Assembly (NCBI GenBank): GCA_017507325.1
Contig: JAFWBD010000002.1
Coordinates: 1,570 to 65,569, forward strand
Reading direction: 5' to 3'
DNA length: 64,000 bases
From: Clostridia bacterium
GTDB lineage: Bacteria > Bacillota > Clostridia > Oscillospirales > SIG627
Positions within the stretch are counted from its first letter, which is position 1, and each line of letters starts with the position of its first letter. The notes beneath the pieces are model-generated. The model was not told the DNA's origin and did not search any database. It saw only the letters and a program-made list of their open reading frames with translations. Position numbers and translations under genes: made by a program. Positions 1-9,155 of the stretch are shown here, piece after piece.

Positions 1-311
1 GCGCTCGGATCCTCCATATCGGCATAATACGCCAGCTGAGCCATCAGATAGCCATGATAAATGCGTTCCCAATCCTCATAGACCTGTTCCGCTTCAAAAA
101 GGATCGCAAGGTTTTTTCCCCCGTCGATCAATTTTTCCAAATGCGCCAGTCGGTCCATGGCCACCGCCACGTCCTCTTCGCTGAGGAAGCAGGAAAAATC
201 CATTTTCGGTGGCATCTGCACCTCGCTTTTCCACCAACGGGCCGAAAAAACCGAGACGGTCAAAACAATCAAGGCCAAAAGCACAACAGTCGCTTTTTTG
301 GCCGCAGACAT
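1..311 (-). CDS. partial CDS (N-terminus only; gene runs off the window start), membrane-anchored hypothetical protein
   Basis: ATG at 311 on the minus strand, open reading to position 1. Translation MSAAKKATVVLLALIVLTVSVFSARWW... shows an N-terminal TM/signal anchor. Absent from the ORF track because there is no stop in the window. Confidence 0.4.
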   Translation of the reverse strand, partial: MSAAKKATVVLLALIVLTVSVFSARWWKSEVQMPPKMDFSCFLSEEDVAVAMDRLAHLEKLIDGGKNLAILFEAEQVYEDWERIYHGYLMAQLAYYADMEDPS

Positions 312-324
312 TTCACTCACTGCT

Positions 325-1077
325 TTAAAGCGCTTCCATCGAACTGCGAATCGCATCGTCGGGATGGCATTTTTCCTCAAATACCTTGTTCGGATCCCGA
401 AGCTTTTGGAACTCGGCAAAATACCGCTCGCCGAATTCATACAGCGAGGGAGCATTGAAATGAAGCTGATCGGGATTGGCCGTGAGCCCTTCGGCGGAAA
501 CGAAGCCGTAGCCCTTGTTTTCCTTGGCAAAGGATGCCAGCGCCTCGTTGATCTTGCGGTAATTTTTCACCTCGGAGAATTTTTCGCAAAACGGAAGAAA
601 ATCACCCAAGCCCCCCAAAAGGAAGGGCACGTCGTACAGATCCAATTCCTTGCGGAAGGCCTCCATAATCACCCCAAGGGATTCCTTGTAGCTTCCGTAC
701 AAATGCTCGTGGCAATCCGATTCTCCCTGATGCCACAGCACCCCCGCAATGGTGGAGGTCCTCTGAGCCAAGCGGGCATTGTTCACCGCATTGTCAAACA
801 AAAGACTGCCCGGCTGCCATTGGCTGAGCTTGGTTCCCCCGTCGGCACAGCAAACAAGTCCCACGGAAACGTCGTAGGTCTCGGCATAGCGCTGAGCGAA
901 TTTTTCCGCCAGATTGACTCCCGAAAAGCTTCTGTCGGGGTTGATGGGGCGGAACATCGACTGCCAGCGGCCGTTTCGCATAATCCGAATGCGCTTATCC
1001 GAAACGAGCTCCACCTCCGCGGGATTCCCTCTACCCGCCATATTGGATTGACCGATCAATAAAAACGAATGGATCAT
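325..1077 (-). CDS. sialate O-acetylesterase-like carbohydrate esterase (SASA/DUF303 type)
   Basis: 250-aa ORF. N-terminal LLIGQSNMAGRG motif is typical of the SASA esterase family. ATG start. Confidence 0.75.
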   Translation of the reverse strand: MIHSFLLIGQSNMAGRGNPAEVELVSDKRIRIMRNGRWQSMFRPINPDRSFSGVNLAEKFAQRYAETYDVSVGLVCCADGGTKLSQWQPGSLLFDNAVNNARLAQRTSTIAGVLWHQGESDCHEHLYGSYKESLGVIMEAFRKELDLYDVPFLLGGLGDFLPFCEKFSEVKNYRKINEALASFAKENKGYGFVSAEGLTANPDQLHFNAPSLYEFGERYFAEFQKLRDPNKVFEEKCHPDDAIRSSMEAL

Positions 1078-1089
1078 TTTTTTCTCCTC

Positions 1090-1758
1090 TCAGATTAAAT
1101 TTTCCAAAAAGGCAATCAAAAGCCTTGCAATTTTTTCGTGTCCCGCATCGTTGGGGTGAAGCCCATCGGGCATATAGCGTTCCTTCTGAGCGGGGATGCG
1201 CGGAGTCATTCCGCTGCAGGCCATCAGATCCAGATAGGGGATGGCGTATTTTCTTGCACTTTTTCGAATGATTTCGGCATAATCATACAAGGTCCCCACA
1301 GGACCGCTCTTGCGGCCGGGGGTTCCGCAGGGATCATCCTCCCCGCTGCGGTGAAGGGGTCCCATCACCACGATCAAGCGATCGGGAAAACGCTCGATCA
1401 GCTTTTCAAAAAGCAGATCACAGGCCCCGCGGAAGGTATATTCGCTCCGATCCCCCTCCTCTCCCAAGGGAGCATCGCCGTGGCCGTAATCATTGGTGCC
1501 GCCGAAAACCACGATCACGTCGCTATCCGCATCCAGATTTTCCACCCGCGAGATAAAGTGCCGATCGGCCCGCAGATCCTGCACGGTAGGGGTTTTCTGT
1601 GCGGCAAAGCGGGAGCCCGAGATCCCGTCGATGCAAACTGCCCGCAATCGGCAAGTGCTTTTGATTCGCTGATGATACAAATTCTCGGGGTTTTTCACGC
1701 CGACACCCTCGGTAATACTGTCTCCCAAAAAAGAAATTTTCAATCCCTCTAATTTCAC
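1090..1758 (-). CDS. SGNH/GDSL family hydrolase (esterase)
   Basis: 222-aa ORF. Block I motif FLGDSITEG, later GGTNDY and DGLHPN blocks. GTG start preceded by GGAAGG. Confidence 0.75.
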   Translation of the reverse strand: MKLEGLKISFLGDSITEGVGVKNPENLYHQRIKSTCRLRAVCIDGISGSRFAAQKTPTVQDLRADRHFISRVENLDADSDVIVVFGGTNDYGHGDAPLGEEGDRSEYTFRGACDLLFEKLIERFPDRLIVVMGPLHRSGEDDPCGTPGRKSGPVGTLYDYAEIIRKSARKYAIPYLDLMACSGMTPRIPAQKERYMPDGLHPNDAGHEKIARLLIAFLENLI

Positions 1759-1950
1759 TGCGCTTCCTTCTTTCCGCTTTTTTTGATCCGATGGATCCTT
1801 CGCCTTTCATCATAGCACGAAATCTCAAAAAATTCAATTCCTTTCTTCCAAATCCCACAAAAAGACGCGCAAATTTTTCTCAAGGCCTTGCATTGCGTTT
1901 TCAAAACTGTTATGATAGAAACAATCTCAAAATTCGGAAAGGATTTTTTT

Positions 1951-3147
1951 ATGACACTTCAAACCATTGCCGAAGCATTGCAGTTAAAGGAATACCCCGT
2001 TGAATTGGAGCCCTATTATCCCATCCCCGAGGAGCGCCGCGGAGAGCTTTGCACACGGGAGTTGATTCTTCATCTGGAAGAAAGATTCCATCTGTTCGGG
2101 GAATATTTTTCCGCCGTATTGGAAGGCTTTGAGGATCTGAAGAGTGACCCCTATCGCAAGGAATTGATGGATATTCTCAGCCTTTATTTGAAGGATTGCA
2201 CCGTCAAGGAGGCCCGAGCCATCAAATGCCCCGGAACGGTGGGAACCCCCGCCTCCAATATGATGCCTTTTTTGATCCACCTTCCCTCGGTGGAAAAGGC
2301 TTTTGAGAATTTGCTTTCCCGAGGCTTTTCCGAAGAAGAGGCCATGGGCACCATGGAGGTTTATAAGATCTATCTGTGGGAAACGCAGAATTTCCGCTCG
2401 GGCTTTGTGGGTCTGGCCCCCAACATTTCCAGCTGGCTGACCTATTTTACCAAGGGAAGCATTTTTTATCCCGGCTTTTGCGGGTTGAACTATCAGATCA
2501 CCGCCTTGAGCCCGAAGAATTCTCCCTACTTTTTAAAGAACAAGGCCACGGGCGAGCTTCTTCCCGTTTTCGGCGGAAATCTGGTCTTTCACCGCAGCGG
2601 CTTCCCCTTGGGCAGTGCGGGTGCCGAGGAGGAAGAGGGCTCCTTCGAGACGGTTTTTGAGGAAACCGAGGAGGAATACGTCGGTCATCCCACCGTCGGT
2701 GACACCGTTTCTCCCGCAAGACAGCGTTATCCCAAATCCGAATGGGAATTGGCTCTGCAGCCGGGAGACGACGTTCTCAGCGTACACATCTTTTTCAAAA
2801 CGGATTTCAACCCCGAGACCGTGACCCGTTCCATGGAGATCGGAAAGGAATTGGCCCTCCGATGCTTCCCCGAGCGAAACTTCAAGGCCATGCATTGCTG
2901 CTCCTGGCTGTTGAGCCCCGTTCTCAACGAGGTTCTGGGCGACAAGGCCAAGATCAGCTCCTTTTCCTCCCGCTTCGTTCGCTATCCCGTAAAGAGCGCG
3001 GGAAAATCGGTCTTCAGCTACGTATTCCCCGGAAAATTCGAATCCTTGGAGGATCTTCCCGAGAACACCAGCCTTCAGCGTGCTCTGAAGAAGCGCTTCC
3101 TTGGCGGCGGCAAGGTTTACGAAACGGGCGGCGTGATCCTCTTTTAA
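1951..3147 (+). CDS. hypothetical protein, possibly DUF5596/GNAT-like acyltransferase-fold (recognised from memory only)
   Basis: Long ORF 1888..3147. Preferred ATG at 1951 lies behind AAAGGA. No diagnostic catalytic motif recognised. Confidence 0.5.
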   Translation: MTLQTIAEALQLKEYPVELEPYYPIPEERRGELCTRELILHLEERFHLFGEYFSAVLEGFEDLKSDPYRKELMDILSLYLKDCTVKEARAIKCPGTVGTPASNMMPFLIHLPSVEKAFENLLSRGFSEEEAMGTMEVYKIYLWETQNFRSGFVGLAPNISSWLTYFTKGSIFYPGFCGLNYQITALSPKNSPYFLKNKATGELLPVFGGNLVFHRSGFPLGSAGAEEEEGSFETVFEETEEEYVGHPTVGDTVSPARQRYPKSEWELALQPGDDVLSVHIFFKTDFNPETVTRSMEIGKELALRCFPERNFKAMHCCSWLLSPVLNEVLGDKAKISSFSSRFVRYPVKSAGKSVFSYVFPGKFESLEDLPENTSLQRALKKRFLGGGKVYETGGVILF

Positions 3148-3156
3148 TCGCAAAAG

Positions 3157-3190
3157 CAGCTCCCTCCGAAAACGGAAGGAGCTGTTTTCT
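3157..3190. terminator. bidirectional hairpin terminator between convergent genes
   Basis: CAGCTCCCTCCG-AAAA-CGGAAGGAGCTG (one mismatch), flanked by A-run and T-run. Confidence 0.6.
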
Positions 3191-3204
3191 TGTTTGGTTT
3201 TTTT

Positions 3205-4185
3205 TTACAGAGTCAAAACGACCTTGCCCACGTTTTCTCCGCGATAGAGGATATCGTGAGCGGCCTCGGCCTCCTGAATGGGCAAAACCTTATAAATGGT
3301 GGGCTTCACCTCGCCCGTTTCCACCTTGGGCCAAACCTTCTCCACCAATTCCGCCAAAATGCGGGCCTTGGTTTCGGGGGTGCGGGAACGGAGGGTGCTG
3401 CCGATGATGCGAACGTTGCGCACGTAGATATTCTTCAGATCGATCTCGGTCTTCTGTCCGGCCAGAGCCGCAATCATAATCCAGCGGGCACCGTGCTTCA
3501 GATAATGGATGCATTTACCCATGATCTCGCCGCCGAGACAGTCAATGGCAACGTCCACGGGATGCCCTGCCTCCAATTCCTCCTTCAAAACGGCGGAAAT
3601 GTCCTCTCTGCCCGTTACCACCACGCGATCGGCCTTCAAATGGGTGATGCTGGCGGCGATTTCATCGGTGAGAACCGTGGTGATCACACGGGCACCGAAG
3701 GCCTTGGCCATGGGGATGATCACGCTGGCCAGCCCGCTGGCTCCCGCATTCATCAAAAGGGTGTTGCCCGCCTCCAATTTACCCTCCATAAACAAATTGA
3801 GGTATGCAGTGGCAAAGGCCTCGGGAATGGCGGCCGCCTCCACCATCGAGCAGTTCTTGGGAATGGGCATCAGCATATCGTATTTTACGTTCACGTATTC
3901 GGCATATCCGCCGCCGCCCAGAAGGGCACAAACACGGTCGCCCACCTTCCAGGAGGATTTTTCGGCAGCCGCCTTCCCCACCTCGATGATGGTGCCTGCG
4001 ATCTCCAAGCCCATCCATTCGGGACAGCCGGGAGGGGGAGGATAATCGCCTTCTCTCTGCATCAGATCAGCACGGTTCAAGGCGGCCGCTTCGATCTTCA
4101 CCAAGCAGTCCTCCTCGCCGAGAATGGGGTCGGGAACGTTGTCCCAACGGAGGGAACGGTCATCGTTTACCAAAATTGCTTTCAT
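3205..4185 (-). CDS. NAD(P)H:quinone oxidoreductase, zinc-independent MDR family (Qor-like)
   Basis: 326 aa. NRADLMQREGDYPPPPG and GASGLAS nucleotide-binding motif are typical of zeta-crystallin/Qor proteins. Confidence 0.8.
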   Translation of the reverse strand: MKAILVNDDRSLRWDNVPDPILGEEDCLVKIEAAALNRADLMQREGDYPPPPGCPEWMGLEIAGTIIEVGKAAAEKSSWKVGDRVCALLGGGGYAEYVNVKYDMLMPIPKNCSMVEAAAIPEAFATAYLNLFMEGKLEAGNTLLMNAGASGLASVIIPMAKAFGARVITTVLTDEIAASITHLKADRVVVTGREDISAVLKEELEAGHPVDVAIDCLGGEIMGKCIHYLKHGARWIMIAALAGQKTEIDLKNIYVRNVRIIGSTLRSRTPETKARILAELVEKVWPKVETGEVKPTIYKVLPIQEAEAAHDILYRGENVGKVVLTL

Positions 4186-4204
4186 AATTTTATCTCCTTT
4201 TCGT

Positions 4205-4966
4205 TTAAAAATCCAATTGGTCGCGAACGGTTTTCATGGTGGAAAGCAGGGGCTGACTGGCGGTGGAAAGGGCGTCGTGCTCAAACACGCAAAGGGTCAT
4301 ACAGTTCCCCAAATGGCCGCCGAGCCTTCTGTGTATGGAGCAGGTGCCTCCCGAAAGATACAGGAAGGGTGCCCCCAATTCCTCCTTCAAAAGGTTCGTA
4401 ATGCGAAGATTTTCGATCTGCTCGGCCATATTGTTTCCCTTGGTGACGATCTTCACCACGTCCGCCCCGCGGGCCTTTTGCTCTCTTGCGATCTCCAGCA
4501 CCCGCTCTGCGGGAACGAACTTGCGCAAATGAGAGGACATCAAAACGTTGGCACCGAGCCCGTGGATCCGATCGATCAGATCCATTTGCTTCTTCTTGGC
4601 CGCCTCATCCTCGCAAAGCTCCTCGGGATGGCGGCAAAACAGATCACCCATCACGTCGCAAAGAGCCACGCCGCTCTCAGCCAAACGGAGGATGCCCTGT
4701 GCCAAAACCTCATCGCTTTTGCCCGTATTGGCCTTGCCGCGATAATAGGTGGCGTAGCAAGGACGCCCCTTCATTTCCTTCAATAATTTCCGATAGACCT
4801 CTTCATTTTGATACTCCTCCAGCAAGGACTCCGCCTGAAGGCCAAAGGCCTCCGCCCCCAAGCAAAGGCTGTTTCGAATTCGCCGAATCACAACTTCGGG
4901 CGTTTCACACTGCATAATCACGGTCAAAGGAGGTCTGTCTCCTTGAAAAAAAACACGTTTCGTCAT
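4205..4966 (-). CDS. type I 3-dehydroquinate dehydratase (AroD)-like protein
   Basis: 253 aa. ADVVKIVTKG resembles the Schiff-base lysine motif (D-x-V-K-I-A). MSSHLRKFVP resembles the catalytic His region. ATGA overlap with the upstream SDR gene. Confidence 0.55.
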   Translation of the reverse strand: MTKRVFFQGDRPPLTVIMQCETPEVVIRRIRNSLCLGAEAFGLQAESLLEEYQNEEVYRKLLKEMKGRPCYATYYRGKANTGKSDEVLAQGILRLAESGVALCDVMGDLFCRHPEELCEDEAAKKKQMDLIDRIHGLGANVLMSSHLRKFVPAERVLEIAREQKARGADVVKIVTKGNNMAEQIENLRITNLLKEELGAPFLYLSGGTCSIHRRLGGHLGNCMTLCVFEHDALSTASQPLLSTMKTVRDQLDF

Positions 4967-5721
4967 TTCATTCTCCCCATGGCGTTTCGACCGCCATCGA
5001 TCATAATATTTTCACCGTTGATAAACTGCCCCTTTTCCGAAGCAATAAAAAGGATCAGATCCACGATCTCCTGCGGCTCTGCGGCTCTGCCCAAAAGGGT
5101 CTGCATCTTCGCCATGGCCGCACGGGTCAAAACGGGTCCGGGGGATACGCAAACACAGCGGATGCCGTATTGAGCCCCGTATTGCGCCACCGATTTGGTC
5201 AGACCGTACATCAGCCCCGCCTTGGAAACGGCGTAATCCATTCCCTTTTTGGAGCCCTCCGCACCGGTGATGGAGCCGATGTTCACAATCAAGCCCCGCC
5301 CTTGCTTTCTCATCTGCTGAAGGCAGGCATAAGCAAAATAAAAGGGGCCCTTGAGGTTGACGTCGATCCCCCAATCGAATACGTCAATGGGAATATCGGG
5401 AAATTCCAATTCCTTGGGCACCTTCAGAACGCGAACCGCCGTACCGCCCGCAAAATTCACCAGCACATCCACCGAGCCGAATTCCGCCACGGCACGGTCT
5501 CTGGCGGCGCAGACCTGATCATAAGAGCGCACGTCGCACAAAACGCCCACGGCCTTGCCCTCTCCCTTTTCCGTGATATCCCGTGCCGCCTCCATCAGAG
5601 CCTCCTCGTTTACGTCGCACATCACCACGTTACCGCCCAAGGCGGCAAAGTTTTGGGAAAACAAAAGCCCCATTCCGGATGCGGCTCCGCTGACCAGCGC
5701 GGTTTGACCGATAAAACTCAT
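4963..5721 (-). CDS. SDR family oxidoreductase
   Basis: 252 aa. TALVSGAASGMG cofactor motif, NFAGG, and YAVSKAG (YxxxK) catalytic motif. Confidence 0.85.
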   Translation of the reverse strand: MSFIGQTALVSGAASGMGLLFSQNFAALGGNVVMCDVNEEALMEAARDITEKGEGKAVGVLCDVRSYDQVCAARDRAVAEFGSVDVLVNFAGGTAVRVLKVPKELEFPDIPIDVFDWGIDVNLKGPFYFAYACLQQMRKQGRGLIVNIGSITGAEGSKKGMDYAVSKAGLMYGLTKSVAQYGAQYGIRCVCVSPGPVLTRAAMAKMQTLLGRAAEPQEIVDLILFIASEKGQFINGENIMIDGGRNAMGRMK

Positions 5722-5814
5722 TTTCTGCCTCTCTTTCTGCGCATCTGCGCCGAATCTTTAACGTTTTCGATTCAAAACTCCCAAAATTTCTTGACTTATT
5801 CTGACCTTTTTGAT

Positions 5815-6597
5815 ATGATGGGATCGGTGATGAATATGAAGCTTGAAAACCCCATTACGGTCACAGATATTCGACCGCCCATTCTGGTCCGCTCCCAAAA
5901 AGGGAGAATTTTTACCATGACCCGACGCCAGAGCTTTGGCATTTCTCTTTGCATCAGCGGGCAGATCACCTACCGAATGAACGGATCCCGCTACGTCTCC
6001 ACGCCCGATTGCGCCGTTCTTCTGCCTCAGGGAGGAAGCTATACCCTTCACGATGATGAGAACGGGCTCTTTCCCGTGATCAATTTCCTCTGCGAAAAGC
6101 CCATTTGCTCCGAAATTCTGGTTCTGCCGCTGGAAAATCCCCAAGGCTGTCTTCAGGATTTCAAAAAGCTGCAAAATCTGTTTCTCTTTGGAGAGCATCG
6201 CTTGCAGATCTTCAGCGTCTTTTACGGAATGCTTCAAAAAATCTTCCCCGACAATTCCCCGAAAAACAGCCGATTGCTCCCCGTTTTGCAATGCATTGAA
6301 GCCAATTTGTCCTCCCCCTCCCTCTCCAACACCACCCTTTCGGAAAAGGCGGGGATCAGCGAGGTTTACCTGCGGCGGATCTTTCGGGAGGAATACGGTA
6401 CCACGCCCAAGCAGTATATTTTAGGCATCCGCATTCAAAAGGCCAAGCAAATGCTATCCAATACGGGCCTTTCCGTCACAGCGGTGTCGGAGGCCTGCGG
6501 TTTTTCCAGTCTGTTTCATTTTAGCCGTGCATTCAAGGAAAAGACGGGTCTTACTCCCACCGAATATCTCAAGGAAAATCAGCTGTTTCATCTGTAA
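5815..6597 (+). CDS. AraC family transcriptional regulator
   Basis: C-terminal AraC HTH (GISEVYLRRIFREEYGTTPKQY...GFSSLFHFSRAFKEKTGLTPTEY). The 475-aa ORF-track entry starts inside the antisense of the SDR gene. Real start is among the ATGs at 5815/5818/5830/5836. Confidence 0.8.
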   Translation: MMGSVMNMKLENPITVTDIRPPILVRSQKGRIFTMTRRQSFGISLCISGQITYRMNGSRYVSTPDCAVLLPQGGSYTLHDDENGLFPVINFLCEKPICSEILVLPLENPQGCLQDFKKLQNLFLFGEHRLQIFSVFYGMLQKIFPDNSPKNSRLLPVLQCIEANLSSPSLSNTTLSEKAGISEVYLRRIFREEYGTTPKQYILGIRIQKAKQMLSNTGLSVTAVSEACGFSSLFHFSRAFKEKTGLTPTEYLKENQLFHL

Positions 6598-6653
6598 ATT
6601 TCTTATTTTATTATAAAAGAAATTCCCCCTCGGGTCAATGGCAAAAACGATAT

Positions 6654-7640
6654 TCATTTAACAAAAACGATACTGTCCTTCCGATTCGTCTGCTGATCCC
6701 GATATTTTTTCGGTGTCAGCCCGTAGCGGCCAAGGAACAGACGGTGGAAATAGCTTTTATTTTCATAGCCCACCGCTTTGGCGATCTCCTCCACGGGCAT
6801 TTCACTGTTCTCCAATAAGTACGCCGCCCGGGAAAGGCGCTTCTCCTGCACAAGCTCCGTGTAGGTTTTTCCCAAGCCCGCCTTCACCTCGTGGCTGAGC
6901 CAATAAAAATCGTAGTGCAAGAGCCTTGCCGCCTCCGTCAGGCTTCCGTTTCGGTAATGCTCCTCCACGTATCGCAGAAGCTGCATCCGTGCGGCTTCTT
7001 TTTTTGTGGGATACGCCAAGGTATCGGTGTGATTTAACAGCTGCATAATCAAAAGTCCCATGGTGGTTTGCAGCAGATTCCGCCGATTGGGAACGTTTCC
7101 GATCAGAATCCAAAGCAGATTTTCGATCAGATTCTGAACGGGGAGCACCTCGGAGACCTGAAAATGCAAATAAGAGCTGTTTTTTCCGAAAAACAGCGAT
7201 TCCAGCAAAAACCGCTTGATGGGGGTATCCTCCGCTCCCAGCATTTCCAGCGTTTTTTCAAAAAAGCGCGGCAAGATGATGAAATTTACCGCCAGATCCC
7301 CCTCTCCCGCAGGCAGAATCTCCTGCTTGGCGGTTTGCCCCAAAAGCAAAAATTCCCCTTTCTGCAAGCAGATTTCATTCCCGTTGATCCGATGATGCGT
7401 TTTTCCCGTACACATATAAACCGCCTCCACAAAATCGTGGGTATGCTCGGGAAAATGAACGAATCGGGTGTGAGGGCGCACGGTAATGAGCTTTCCCTCC
7501 TCCATCAGCTTGGCAGCGGTGACAATCCCGTCATTTTTTTCGGAATAGATCCTGGGATCAACCTCCCTACGGCCTTGGAGAATGGCTTTCTCTTCCTCGG
7601 TAATCGGCATTAATTTTTCCAAAATATTCGCATGGATCAC
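6654..7640 (-). CDS. AraC family transcriptional regulator (cupin + HTH), probable rhamnose regulator
   Basis: 328 aa. Cupin-like N-terminus (FPEHTHDFVE) and C-terminal AraC HTH. Divergent from rhaB. Start is either GTG 7640 or ATG 7610. Confidence 0.8.
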   Translation of the reverse strand: MIHANILEKLMPITEEEKAILQGRREVDPRIYSEKNDGIVTAAKLMEEGKLITVRPHTRFVHFPEHTHDFVEAVYMCTGKTHHRINGNEICLQKGEFLLLGQTAKQEILPAGEGDLAVNFIILPRFFEKTLEMLGAEDTPIKRFLLESLFFGKNSSYLHFQVSEVLPVQNLIENLLWILIGNVPNRRNLLQTTMGLLIMQLLNHTDTLAYPTKKEAARMQLLRYVEEHYRNGSLTEAARLLHYDFYWLSHEVKAGLGKTYTELVQEKRLSRAAYLLENSEMPVEEIAKAVGYENKSYFHRLFLGRYGLTPKKYRDQQTNRKDSIVFVK

Positions 7641-7781
7641 ATTTTCACCCCCCTTCCATTATACCAAGAATCCGAAAAAAATCAACACAAATCAGGACAC
7701 TTTTTTCCGCAAATACGGACCTTTCCCAATCTACCTTTTTGTGATAGGATGGAGATGAAAAAAGGAAAGGAGATTTGTCCC

Positions 7782-9155
7782 GTGACCTATTATCTTGCCA
7801 TTGATATCGGCGCCTCCTCGGGGCGGCATCTTTTGGGATCGGTTTTTCAAGGGAAGCTGCAGATCGAGGAGATCTATCGCTTTGAAAATCGGCTGAAAAA
7901 CGAAAACGGCACCTTGATCTGGGATATTGATGAGCTGCTTTCTCAAGTCAAGCAGGGCATTGCCCGTTGCAAGGATTTGGGGAAGATTCCCAAAACCGTC
8001 GCCATCGATACCTGGGGTGTGGATTACGTTTTGCTGGACGAGGAGAAAAAGCCCATTCTCCCTGCCGTCAGCTACCGCGACAGCCGCACCGAGCGCGGTG
8101 CCGCAGAGGTAGCCTCTCTTCTGCCGCAGGAGGAATTGTACCGCAAAACGGGCATTCAAAAGCAGAATTTCAACACCGTTTTTCAATTGTATTGCGACAA
8201 AGTCAGCGGAAAGCTGGAAAAAGCCAAGCATTTTCTGATGATGCCCGAATATCTCTCCTTTTGCTTGACGGGCGTGATTCAAAACGAATACACCAACGCC
8301 ACCACCACGGGTCTTGTGAATGCGAAGACAAAAAGCTGGGATCCCGAGATTTTGGATCGCTTGGGCATTCCCGCCTCCCTCTTTTGTGAGCCCTCCCTCC
8401 CCGGCACGGTGTTGGGCCCCTTCTTGCCCGAGGTGGAAGCGGAGCTGGGCTTTTCCTCCGAGGTCGTTTTTTGCCCCTCCCACGATACCGCCTCCGCCGT
8501 GGCCGCCTGCCCCATAGATGAGGAAAGCATTTACATTTCCTCGGGCACCTGGAGTCTGATCGGTACGGAGAATGCTTCCCCCGTTCTCACCGCCTCGGCG
8601 CGCCTTGCCAATTTCACCAACGAGGGCGGGATCGATTACCGCTTCCGCTTTTTGAAAAACATTATGGGAATGTGGCTGTTTCAGAGCATTCGACGGGATT
8701 TGGGCAAAACCCTTTCCTATGATGAGATGATGGAAATGGCGCAAGGCTCAAGCTTTACCCGATGCATCGACCCCGCCTCCTCCGTCTTTTTGGCGCCCGA
8801 CAATATGATCGAAGCCATTCGGAAAGAATTGGGCGAGCCCACCCTCCCCTTAGAGGACGTGCTTTCCTGCGTGTATCATTCCTTGGCCCATTCCTATCTC
8901 AGAACCGTGGAGGAAATGGAGGCGCTGTGCGAAAAAAAGATCGGCGGCATTCACATTCTCGGCGGCGGCAGTAAGGATCGCTATCTGAACCGTCTGGTCG
9001 CCCGCATCACGGGAAGAAGGGTCTATATCGGGCTGACCGAGGCCACTGCCACGGGCAATCTGCTCTCCCAATGGATGCACGACACCCATCATTCTCTTGA
9101 CGAGGCAAGAGAATGCGTCAAACAATCATTTTCTATTCAGGAGGTAACCCCATGA
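7782..9155 (+). CDS. rhaB: rhamnulokinase
   Basis: FGGY kinase N-terminus (V/M)TYYLAIDIGASSGRH. GTG 7782 lies 9 nt after GGAAAGGAG; alternative ATG at 7749. First gene of rhaB-rhaA-rhaD with ATGA overlaps. Confidence 0.85.
   Translation: MTYYLAIDIGASSGRHLLGSVFQGKLQIEEIYRFENRLKNENGTLIWDIDELLSQVKQGIARCKDLGKIPKTVAIDTWGVDYVLLDEEKKPILPAVSYRDSRTERGAAEVASLLPQEELYRKTGIQKQNFNTVFQLYCDKVSGKLEKAKHFLMMPEYLSFCLTGVIQNEYTNATTTGLVNAKTKSWDPEILDRLGIPASLFCEPSLPGTVLGPFLPEVEAELGFSSEVVFCPSHDTASAVAACPIDEESIYISSGTWSLIGTENASPVLTASARLANFTNEGGIDYRFRFLKNIMGMWLFQSIRRDLGKTLSYDEMMEMAQGSSFTRCIDPASSVFLAPDNMIEAIRKELGEPTLPLEDVLSCVYHSLAHSYLRTVEEMEALCEKKIGGIHILGGGSKDRYLNRLVARITGRRVYIGLTEATATGNLLSQWMHDTHHSLDEARECVKQSFSIQEVTP

Noticed and set aside
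5170-5814. N-terminal 215 codons of the 475-aa ORF-track entry for the AraC regulator
   Set aside because: This part is antisense to the SDR gene. The AraC-type protein begins at the ATG cluster at 5815..5836.
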